A DNA stretch of 14,230 bases from a virus. Shown here piece by piece: positions 1-7,693 of this stretch (positions are counted from its first letter, which is position 1; each line of letters opens with the position of its first letter). The notes beneath the pieces were generated by a model. That model had not been told where the DNA came from, searched no databases, and worked only from the letters and a program-made list of their open reading frames with translations. The stretch lies in IMG/VR virus record IMGVR_UViG_3300045988_045788; one strand, given 5' to 3'. Made by a program: the position numbers and the translations under genes.

Positions 1-282
1 CTCTAAATAGAGTTGTGTCTAAACCTCGAACAATTCCCCACTTTCAAACCTTATTATCTGACAATTATATTAATTTTAACACAATAAAATCAGTTAAAGT
101 TCATCAATTTAACTTTCCAACTGCTTATTGTTTCAAGTTTACATACAATTTAATAAATAATCTGAAAACTAATCGAACATACCATAAATTATCAGACCGC
201 TCTCAGTACCTGCTTTAAAGCGTTAAAGTGACACTGTGTAAACAATTTAGACACAATTCACTTTAGTGAAGTGAAGCGGCAA
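1..282. repeat. Left inverted terminal repeat (ITR-L): 1-209 identical to the reverse complement of 14022-14230; 210-282 about 90% identical to 13949-14021
   Basis: Both ends were compared base by base. Mismatches occur only at 210, 221, 223, 252, 259, 267 and 279, and similarity stops at 283. The identical 67-aa ORFs at 15..218(+) and 14013..14216(-) are a by-product of the repeat. Confidence 0.95.
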
Positions 283-330
283 GAATAAGAAAGAGAGCCC
301 TGGGTATTCAGCATACCGGACGGACTCTCT
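281..330 (-). terminator. Rho-independent terminator closing the late operon, next to the inner edge of ITR-L
   Basis: The minus-strand RNA is AGAGAGUCCGUCCGGUAU-GCUGA-AUACCCAGGGCUCUCU followed by UUCUUAUUCUU. The outer stem is AGAGAG/CUCUCU plus UCC/GGG, and the inner stem is GGUAU/AUACC. It starts 29 nt downstream of the stop of the last gene (359). Confidence 0.6.
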
Positions 331-358
331 ATTGTATTATTAGTTATTGTGTTAGACG

Positions 359-2566
359 TTAGTTAACAGGGGCTGATTGTACAATATTATAATTAGATTT
401 TAGTGTAGTGTCTTTAATATCTACGGCGTTTTTAATTACATTGAAACAAAATTGTGAATTTTGCGGTTCTGTCTCTCTAGTTGGTAAATCATTATAGAAT
501 GTAGTTGCTTTATTATTAGTGATGGTTACACTTCCAAAATAATCTCCGCTTGTTTTTTCAATTCTAACCATTAAATCAGCACCTAAAGTACCAGCATCTA
601 AATTTAGTCCATTGTTAAAGCAAAAATTACCATCATATAAAGTAGCTTGGTCGTTCATACCTATACGAATACCAAACTGTTTGCTAAGTCTGCAAATATT
701 ATTGCTTACTTTATTTCCAATACCTTCAATTAAAATACCCGTTTTACCAAAACTTTGCACCATGTTAGAATCAACCAAAATGTTTTCAGTTTGCACTGTG
801 TGGATTCCGATATAATATGTATCGGCGATGTCATATATAATACCAATTAGCGTATTATCTGTTATAGTGCTTCTATCTATTTTTTCGGCATAAATACCGC
901 CATTACATTCAGTAATAAAACAGTTGTTTATTTTTAATTCGCTACCGCAAGAGAAACTAATTCCGCGACTAAAAGATTTTATAGTACAATTATTAATACT
1001 TATTCTATTGATTTTAGATTTATCAGCATTTAAGTGATTGCCGATTCCACAGTAGCCGCCTGTATTATTTCGTAAAGTAGTTTTACCAATAATCGTACAA
1101 TTAGAAATTTTAATATTTTGCGTTGGGGAACTGTCATAAGGTCCGAACCACTGAAAACTACCAGCATCATCGCAAATATCTAACTGAATACTTTCAGTAG
1201 TGCTACTTGCGCCGCCATATTCCGTTATAGTACAATTATCAATATAACATTGTGAGCATGAATTAAATGCGATTGAATGATAACCGCGGCAATCATGTAA
1301 GTAGCAATTCATAATACGAATATTATTACAATGTCCCATTGTTATTAAGCTACAATTTTCAGCATTTTCTCCGCTAATTTCAAGTCCGTAAAAAATAATA
1401 TTTGTATTAGCTTGGTCTGCTCCTATAGAACCGTCAGATTTGTTTATAAATAAGCAAGTATTATTTTTATTTGCATGAATATGCGCATTTTTTCCAATTA
1501 GAATTTTATTAGATGGAACATTTAATCTATCACATAAATATTCCCCACTGTCGAAAATAATAATAGCGCAATTAGAGTTTAAAGCATCTTGTATTGCTTC
1601 TGTATCATTTGTAACGCCATCGCCTTTTGCACCATATGTTTTAACACCTGTTATTCCATTAGTTAAGAGTCTAAGGTCTAACGTATGTTTTAAAAAGTTT
1701 ATAATATAACCAGTTGCATTAACTTCATTATAAACAGTGTTTAAAGTTCTTTTACCTTTATAAGTTTCTGTATATGAATTTTCAAATTCATTTGTAACAT
1801 TTCCAACAATCTTTGTATTTTTAGAATTATTATAAATTTCTGTTACCGCGCCGCCCCGGTTAATGGTTGTCACGCCGTTAACGTGTACAGAATCGTCCCC
1901 GTCAATATCAATCTCGCGACTGCCAGTAACCTGTTCCGTTAAATTGCCGTCTGAATCTAACAACATGTCTTGTGTACTGTGTAAAGTTACATGGCTTGCC
2001 GTTTCTGCAATATCCCCAGCGTTTACCGTATAATCTCCACTAACATTTAAAGTATCATTAATTAACTGCGCTACTCTATCTCTACCGTAATAGTTAGACA
2101 ATAAACTTTCAATCGTTGTTGCTGCTAAATTAGTTCCAACGATATACCTTGACCCCTCACTAATTGCCCTAGTAACACGGTATAAATCCCCATGATACCA
2201 GACCAAATCATTTACAAGTAAATCTTTACTAGCGGTTTCATTATCCTTTTCATTAAACGCCACGCTAGACATGATTTTATTATAAATCTTCTGGTAATCA
2301 AAAATTACCATCCAGTAATTTTTATCAGACAATAAAATTCCACTTGGTACAGCGTCTTTACTAATATAAGCGATTCCGGTGTTTTCATCTACAACTACAG
2401 TATTAGGTGCATACTGCGTTGTAATATTCCACTGTAAAGGGTCTGCATAATGAATTGTTTTGTAATCAATCGCCCGTTGTAATTCATTTTCAAATTTCTT
2501 TAGAATACTAATAATCCAGTCTTGATTGAGTTCATGAAAATTTGTATATGGATATAAGTCAAACAT
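359..2566 (-). CDS. Tail appendage / receptor-binding protein with a pectate-lyase-like right-handed beta-helix (probable polysaccharide depolymerase; positional analogue of phi29 gp12)
   Basis: 735 aa. GVKTYGAKGDGVTNDTEAIQDAL matches the N-terminal signature of Pectate_lyase_3 / GH28-like beta-helices. Repeated coil signatures follow: IRIMNCYLHD, YIDNCTITE, IKISNCTIIG, ISINNCTIKS and LKINNCFITE. AGGAGG lies 6 nt upstream of the ATG at 2566. It is the last gene of the structural operon. Confidence 0.8.
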   Translation of the reverse strand: MFDLYPYTNFHELNQDWIISILKKFENELQRAIDYKTIHYADPLQWNITTQYAPNTVVVDENTGIAYISKDAVPSGILLSDKNYWMVIFDYQKIYNKIMSSVAFNEKDNETASKDLLVNDLVWYHGDLYRVTRAISEGSRYIVGTNLAATTIESLLSNYYGRDRVAQLINDTLNVSGDYTVNAGDIAETASHVTLHSTQDMLLDSDGNLTEQVTGSREIDIDGDDSVHVNGVTTINRGGAVTEIYNNSKNTKIVGNVTNEFENSYTETYKGKRTLNTVYNEVNATGYIINFLKHTLDLRLLTNGITGVKTYGAKGDGVTNDTEAIQDALNSNCAIIIFDSGEYLCDRLNVPSNKILIGKNAHIHANKNNTCLFINKSDGSIGADQANTNIIFYGLEISGENAENCSLITMGHCNNIRIMNCYLHDCRGYHSIAFNSCSQCYIDNCTITEYGGASSTTESIQLDICDDAGSFQWFGPYDSSPTQNIKISNCTIIGKTTLRNNTGGYCGIGNHLNADKSKINRISINNCTIKSFSRGISFSCGSELKINNCFITECNGGIYAEKIDRSTITDNTLIGIIYDIADTYYIGIHTVQTENILVDSNMVQSFGKTGILIEGIGNKVSNNICRLSKQFGIRIGMNDQATLYDGNFCFNNGLNLDAGTLGADLMVRIEKTSGDYFGSVTITNNKATTFYNDLPTRETEPQNSQFCFNVIKNAVDIKDTTLKSNYNIVQSAPVN

Positions 2567-2576
2567 AAATTACCTC

Positions 2577-3236
2577 CTACCAAACTGTTATTAAAAATCT
2601 CTGTCTAAACTCATTCATAATATAATCAGAAAGATTGAATTTTACTATTTCTCGCTCTTCTCTAATCATCTGTTGAGTTGTCATCGTTCCTATATTTCCG
2701 TGAATCCGCCCGTTATGCGTCCCCGTATTATTTTTGGTATTATCAACATTGCTTATATTTTTAAATTCACTTTCAGTTGTATTTGTATTATCACTTTTTG
2801 TATTCTGTTCACTAGCATCTTTATCACTCAGCTCATCATCAAACGCGTGCACCTGCGTTTTAGAATTATCTTTAATAGTACCATCAAAAGTATTTGTACT
2901 TGTACTATCTCCCCCCGTCACAGTTTCGGTTATTTCTTTTCCCGAATCAGTGTCAGTCCACTCTTCCTGTCTATCGTAGTTTTCAATGGCATTGTATTCA
3001 TATTGAGTTGTTTCTTCCAGTTTTTTCCAGTTAGGAAGTTGAATACGACTCCACATTCCAATAGCAGTTTTTAAAATTTCCGGTTGCGAATACAGAATCT
3101 CAAGTTCTGCATAATTTAAGCAAAGATTCTGTATAAAGTCTGTTTTATTAATTGATTCTGGTAATTGTAATTCGTCAAAAATAGAGTTATCGTAGTTATA
3201 CATTCCCAGAATTGATAGTAGGTTTCCCCTCGACAT
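2577..3236 (-). CDS. Lower collar / tail tube adaptor protein (phi29 gp11-like)
   Basis: The gene lies directly downstream of the connector gene. It has a central D/T/S/N-rich low-complexity segment and the C-terminal motif HGNIGTMTTQQMIREE....FLITVW, which is typical of lower collar proteins as I recall them. The track ORF runs to 3293, but the ATG at 3236 (MSRGNLL...) is preceded by GGAGG 8 nt upstream, so I place the start there. Confidence 0.7.
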   Translation of the reverse strand: MSRGNLLSILGMYNYDNSIFDELQLPESINKTDFIQNLCLNYAELEILYSQPEILKTAIGMWSRIQLPNWKKLEETTQYEYNAIENYDRQEEWTDTDSGKEITETVTGGDSTSTNTFDGTIKDNSKTQVHAFDDELSDKDASEQNTKSDNTNTTESEFKNISNVDNTKNNTGTHNGRIHGNIGTMTTQQMIREEREIVKFNLSDYIMNEFRQRFLITVW

Positions 3237-4122
3237 TTGCTCCCCCTCCTCTGCTTTCTTTAAATTTAAGTTTAAAACTGATATTAGTTCCAAACATTTT
3301 ATTGACTCTTTTGGCTGATTCTTCTAAGCTGTCAGCAATCAATTCAATTTTAGTTTGTGTTTCGACGTTATTGCTATTAACCTCATCATCCGTAAGCCGT
3401 TCTTTCTTTTCAGTGTTTGCGTTAGGGATACCTACGTCAGTATCAAACATTAACTTTAACTTCTTTAAGTCTTCAAGTTGCTGACTTGCGATATAATTCT
3501 GTTTTAGATTCTGTGCGAAAGTATTCCACATCGGCGTTCCATCTTCACTAAATAATTCTTTACCAGTGACTACACAGGCTTCGCCAGAAGTAACTTTATC
3601 AATCATTTTCTTAAATGTTTCAGCGATTGATTTGCTATCAACCCCGATAATATAAGAAAGTTTTGAGTTAATAATATTAACGTCTATTCCCTCAGATAAG
3701 AGTGCCATTTTTTCCGCGTAAAACTGAATTAAATCATAAATTCCGCCGAAATCGGGGAATAATTTTATTAATTCAGTGTCACGATGTATTCGAGCATCGA
3801 TTGCGTTAGGAATTAACGGGTTGATGATTTGCGCCGTGGTAGGTTGATACATAACGTCAAAACCGTATAAATTACAATGCTGAGGAATTACCCCGAATTT
3901 ATCTGTGTTAATAACAGCTAAAAACCCAAAATAAACCAATGTATACATAGTGTAATTGTACGCCCATGTTTCCGGCAATTTAACTTCCCACTGTCCGAGA
4001 AAATCATCAATTAAATAACGCTCAAAAAACTTAGTCAACGCTATGTTCTGCGTGTGAATTGTAGACGGATTTTTTTGTCCGTTCACAGCATTTATATAAG
4101 TATAATCAACGGGTACGCCCAT
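3196..4122 (-). CDS. Portal / head-tail connector (upper collar) protein, phi29 gp10-like
   Basis: GIPNANTEKKERLTDDEVNSNNVETQ closely matches the phi29 gp10 segment [26 protein letters not shown]. From the ATG at 4122 the product is 308 aa, against 309 aa for gp10. GGGAGG lies 8 nt upstream. The track start at 4131 is a GTG extension. The ATG overlaps the upstream stop as TAATG. Confidence 0.9.
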   Translation of the reverse strand: MGVPVDYTYINAVNGQKNPSTIHTQNIALTKFFERYLIDDFLGQWEVKLPETWAYNYTMYTLVYFGFLAVINTDKFGVIPQHCNLYGFDVMYQPTTAQIINPLIPNAIDARIHRDTELIKLFPDFGGIYDLIQFYAEKMALLSEGIDVNIINSKLSYIIGVDSKSIAETFKKMIDKVTSGEACVVTGKELFSEDGTPMWNTFAQNLKQNYIASQQLEDLKKLKLMFDTDVGIPNANTEKKERLTDDEVNSNNVETQTKIELIADSLEESAKRVNKMFGTNISFKLKFKESRGGGANVEGKPTINSGNV

Positions 4123-4763
4123 TATATACACCTCCCTAATTTAAATAACAGCCATATTGGGATATTCAGCCCTAACGGCGGTCGTGGCGTTGGTGGCGGA
4201 ACTGGTTCACCACTCAACACTCCCCACCAATAAAGCGCGCTACTTCTTCTACTTGGTTCAGTTTTTCTAGCATTTTCCGCGCTAGGACGCTCATAATTAT
4301 ACAGCCACACACTTGCAAGCGTTTCCGGGTCGCTTTCCGATATTTTAAAATCGGCATAACTCATCGGATATTTAGTCGTAGGATAATAGTCTGCCTTTGC
4401 ATCAACAAAAATCATCTGTGCGTATCCGTCACTAGGCAACCCCGTTTTATCACTAAAATTCGGCGCGTAGCCCGTTGAATTAATTGCAAAAGGATCGTTA
4501 ATATATTTCCCACCGGGCGTAAATTGTGTGAAACCATATCCTTTATTGCGCCATGGACTTTCATTTTTTGACGGTACTCTATCAGATTGCCAACGCCACG
4601 GGTTCATGCCACCCTCATGTGATACATTACCAAGCAACCCGCACACAGCATTTACTGTCCAGCCCAAGCCGCCTAATACTTCATAGATTGATTTTGCATT
4701 ATCAATAGCTTCGTTGCTAGTCTCCGCATATGCTCCGGTTGCTTTAGCGTGCCAGTTACTCAT
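4122..4763 (-). CDS. Virion-associated peptidoglycan hydrolase (phage tail lysozyme type; functional analogue of phi29 gp13)
   Basis: 213 aa. GLLGNVSHEGGMNPWRWQ matches the LGNxxxE(S/G)GxNP signature of the phage tail lysozyme family. The gene is embedded among tail and connector genes. The C-terminus is proline-rich (PVPPPTPRPP). GGAGG lies upstream of the ATG at 4763. Confidence 0.6.
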   Translation of the reverse strand: MSNWHAKATGAYAETSNEAIDNAKSIYEVLGGLGWTVNAVCGLLGNVSHEGGMNPWRWQSDRVPSKNESPWRNKGYGFTQFTPGGKYINDPFAINSTGYAPNFSDKTGLPSDGYAQMIFVDAKADYYPTTKYPMSYADFKISESDPETLASVWLYNYERPSAENARKTEPSRRSSALYWWGVLSGEPVPPPTPRPPLGLNIPIWLLFKLGRCI

Positions 4764-6165
4764 AATAAAAACCGCCCTCCATATATGATTTTATCATTTG
4801 ATTTTCGTAAGCTGTGCCGGGTAGTGACACATCGGCATCGGCTACCATAATAAAGCCCGGAATTGTATTGATAACTTTTTCTTGACATAGAGGACGACCG
4901 CGGTGTTCTAACGACTCGGCTACTAACGGGAAAAACTGCGCTTGAAATCTAGGTTGAAAAGAAAAATCCGAAGTGCTACCAGTACTTCCCGAAGTTTGTA
5001 ACTGTGGTTGAGCGGATTTAATACTTGATTCAATACCGCTTGCAACACTTGATATAATTCCACCAACATTTCCTGTAGTAATTGCCTGCACTGTATTTGC
5101 CGCCGAGCCTATAGCGGTGCTAGCCATTCCTAAATAATCAATAGCCATTTGTGATAGCTGTAAAGGTACCGCGCACATAGAATCAAGTCGTGTAATTACT
5201 GTATTTAACTGTTCATCGGTTGAAATTGTAAGAGTGGCTTTTCCAGTAATCATATCTACATGATACGATACATATAAAGTGGATTTACCGTCTAAAAATG
5301 TTGTATCAATCGGTAAGCCGCCCCAAGGTTTAAAATCAAGACTGTATCGGCTGTACGGTGCTAAATTAAGATAGTTACCGCGCGTTACAGCTTGCGGATG
5401 CTTTGGAATTGTAATAGAATATGTTTTGTCATAGTCATAGTCAAGTAACTGTGTGCAACTTACGCCATTCATTTCCCACCATCCAAATTTAAGATTTGTT
5501 ACTAAAATTCCAGACCCTTTAAATTCAAACGGAAACCAGATACAGGAAGTTATATATTGAAATGGGTTAATTAATGCTTTTTGTAATTCGACAGAAATTT
5601 CGCCCGTATCAATGTTTAACCAGTCAGCACTTGCCATGAGAGCTCTATTTAATTTATTTAACTGTGATTTAGTAAAGTAATAGTAATTTACACCGCCCGA
5701 ACCTTGAGAATCCGAATTGATAATACCTAAAACGTAAGTACCCTTATTCCAAGACCGCGCCCACGGATTCTCTAAAAGTTGTGTATTTGTAGTGATTCCT
5801 GTGGTAGTAGGGTATAGACTGTCAACGATTCCGCCGTCATATGTATGAGACGAGCGCAAAATATACTGAGTTGACGCTCCAATAAAACTTTTCCAACTTG
5901 CCAATACGTCGATTTCACAACTAGCCCACCAAAGACCCTCATTCCAAGTCCAATCACGAATAAAATAATGCCTGCCGTATAATCCGATTGACACATAATT
6001 ATACATATAAATATCGCGGGTTGTTTTAAAAGAGAGAACCGGGGAAATAACCCCGGAACTCTGTTTTAAATTACAAGCAAGCGTTATATTATCTTCGCCG
6101 CCATCTGGAATTTTGGTTGAGTTTTCGCGCTTATTAAATTTTCTTAAAACAACCGTGAAACTCAT
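4756..6165 (-). CDS. Tail knob / distal tail tube protein (phi29 gp9-like)
   Basis: EIDVLASW matches the gp9 motif EIDVLQTW. The Gly/Ala/Ser-rich C-proximal segment MASTAIGSAANTVQAITTGNVGGIISSVASGI...AQPQLQTSGSTGS resembles the gp9 membrane-active loop followed by PPQL. The ATG at 6165 (MSFTVVL) has AGGAGG 7 nt upstream, so the track start at 6222 is an artefactual extension into the capsid gene. Confidence 0.65.
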   Translation of the reverse strand: MSFTVVLRKFNKRENSTKIPDGGEDNITLACNLKQSSGVISPVLSFKTTRDIYMYNYVSIGLYGRHYFIRDWTWNEGLWWASCEIDVLASWKSFIGASTQYILRSSHTYDGGIVDSLYPTTTGITTNTQLLENPWARSWNKGTYVLGIINSDSQGSGGVNYYYFTKSQLNKLNRALMASADWLNIDTGEISVELQKALINPFQYITSCIWFPFEFKGSGILVTNLKFGWWEMNGVSCTQLLDYDYDKTYSITIPKHPQAVTRGNYLNLAPYSRYSLDFKPWGGLPIDTTFLDGKSTLYVSYHVDMITGKATLTISTDEQLNTVITRLDSMCAVPLQLSQMAIDYLGMASTAIGSAANTVQAITTGNVGGIISSVASGIESSIKSAQPQLQTSGSTGSTSDFSFQPRFQAQFFPLVAESLEHRGRPLCQEKVINTIPGFIMVADADVSLPGTAYENQMIKSYMEGGFYYE

Positions 6166-6176
6166 GTGAACACCTC

Positions 6177-7346
6177 CTAATCTAAGAGTAATACAATACC
6201 GTTTTCTGTTACGTCGTTCCAATACCTCTGGTTAAAACGATACCAAATATTCGAATATTCGCCAGCGGCATTGTAAGGCGTTCGTTTAACACTTCGACCT
6301 ACTTCGGTAATACCAATAGCCTCCTCATCAAAAATAACTCCAAATACATTATCATTACTTACAGCTTCAGGTGCGGTTACTACAGCTCCATCAGCCCCGA
6401 TATAAGATGGAGTAACTTGGATACTTCCAGGTGTTTTGGCTGACTGCCAGAAATTAACGTCCTCATGGTCGATTAATTTGTAATATCCCTCATTAAAGGC
6501 ATCTGTAAAAATACTCGTTTTAGTTCTGTACTGTAATGGGGTATACATATATGCTTTCATTCGGTTATACGGGGTGTGCCGTTTGATAGCTTTACCTGTA
6601 ATATTTAAATGGTACATTTCAGTTCTTTCGGTCAGCATCGAACACAAATACTGAATGCGGGCGTAAGCCCACTGAATGAATGGCTTAAAATTATCCGGGT
6701 ATAGTACAGTCGCGCTTGTCAATTTTGTACCCATCGCCGCGTTGTATTCAGTAACCAGATGTACAACACTATCGCCACCAATGTTAATTTTAGCCGCGAT
6801 GAAGTTTGTAAGAGTGGCGCGGTCGGCTGTTTCTCGCGCCTGTTCAAGTTTATCAGACATATTACCTAAGACCATACTCCAAAATCTTTCAAGTTCCTGC
6901 GGCGTAGTAAAAGCAACGTCAAGCTGTCTGTCAAAAATAGTTAAATAGTCCCCAAAGTAGTCAATACCGTAAAAATTAGTCTGTAAAACTTCCGGCTTGC
7001 GAACTGTATACTGGTCGATAGATTCTCCATCAGTTAAATCCAGATATTTGGAATCAACTAGATCTTTGTCGATTGTCTGCAATTTTCGAATATGATTGCC
7101 GAACTGCTGATTTGTTTTTCGCAGTCCCTTAAACTTTGCTGTATAAGGACGCGTGGAAAAAATTGTGTTACTCAACACCTGTGAAATAGCCCCCATTACA
7201 GGGTCATAACCTGTTTTTAAAGTTGTCTGCGCCTGTGCGATAAACGAACTAATATCGGTCGCCGCAATGTTAGTTTTGCCAGTAACCTGATTCTGAAGTG
7301 TGTTAAGCACCGTTGCCATTTTAGTTAAAGTCATGTCATTTGCCAT
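6177..7346 (-). CDS. Major capsid protein (phi29 gp8-like, without an obvious C-terminal Ig-like extension)
   Basis: 389 aa, between the scaffold-like gene and the tail knob gene. KFKGLRKTNQQFGNHIRKLQTIDKD resembles the gp8 segment [20 protein letters not shown]. GGAGG lies 9 nt upstream of the ATG at 7346, and TAATG couples it to the upstream gene. Confidence 0.8.
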   Translation of the reverse strand: MANDMTLTKMATVLNTLQNQVTGKTNIAATDISSFIAQAQTTLKTGYDPVMGAISQVLSNTIFSTRPYTAKFKGLRKTNQQFGNHIRKLQTIDKDLVDSKYLDLTDGESIDQYTVRKPEVLQTNFYGIDYFGDYLTIFDRQLDVAFTTPQELERFWSMVLGNMSDKLEQARETADRATLTNFIAAKINIGGDSVVHLVTEYNAAMGTKLTSATVLYPDNFKPFIQWAYARIQYLCSMLTERTEMYHLNITGKAIKRHTPYNRMKAYMYTPLQYRTKTSIFTDAFNEGYYKLIDHEDVNFWQSAKTPGSIQVTPSYIGADGAVVTAPEAVSNDNVFGVIFDEEAIGITEVGRSVKRTPYNAAGEYSNIWYRFNQRYWNDVTENGIVLLLD

Positions 7347-7693
7347 TATTTATTACCTCCTTTGAAATCAGTCGGAATAGGCGGCGCAATCATCTGGGCA
7401 ATAATATCGTCTGTAGACTGTGGCTGTACCGTCTGAATCTGCTGCCCAATAAGATTAGTTGCCTGAATCGCTCCGGTTAAATTTTTAAGAGTCTGAATCA
7501 AATCCCCGTTATCAGGCTGAACCTGTGGCTGAACCTGTGGCTGAACCTGAGGCTGAACCTGCGGCTGAACCGGTGGCTGAACCTGTGGCTGAACCTGCGG
7601 CTGAACCTGTGGAGAATTTACACTTCCAAGTGCTAAAATCTGCTGTGCGGTAAATCCTGCCTTTGCAAGTAATAAAATGTCGTTCTGTGTCAT
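7346..7693 (-). CDS. Putative scaffolding protein carrying an internal (QVQP)8 tetrapeptide repeat
   Basis: 115 aa, immediately upstream of the capsid gene and translationally coupled to it, which is the position of phi29 gp7. AGGAGG lies 10 nt upstream of the ATG at 7693. I recognised no direct sequence motif, so the call rests on position and size. Confidence 0.5.
   Translation of the reverse strand: MTQNDILLLAKAGFTAQQILALGSVNSPQVQPQVQPQVQPPVQPQVQPQVQPQVQPQVQPDNGDLIQTLKNLTGAIQATNLIGQQIQTVQPQSTDDIIAQMIAPPIPTDFKGGNK
7515..7610. repeat. Tandem repeat, 8 x 12 bp (plus-strand unit ggctgaacctgt), in frame within the scaffold-like gene
   Basis: Eight contiguous units were read directly: ggctgaacctgt x2, ...ctga, ...ctgc, ggctgaaccggt, ...ctgt, ...ctgc, ...ctgt. 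They encode QVQP repeats on the minus strand. Confidence 0.95.

Noticed and set aside
15-218. A 67-aa ORF (GTG start) inside ITR-L, with an identical copy at 14013..14216(-) in ITR-R
   Set aside because: The identity of the two copies simply follows from the ITR. The ORF starts with GTG 14 nt from the physical end, with no SD and no upstream promoter space. The product is low-complexity and AT-codon-driven. Open frames of about 65 codons also occur repeatedly as obvious antisense artefacts elsewhere in this window. The single ITR mismatch inside it (position 210) is synonymous, but one site is not evidence.
7515-7610. CRISPR-like or regulatory iteron array
   Set aside because: The units are contiguous 12-bp repeats without spacers. 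They lie in frame inside a coding sequence and diverge mainly at synonymous positions, which makes this a coding tandem repeat.
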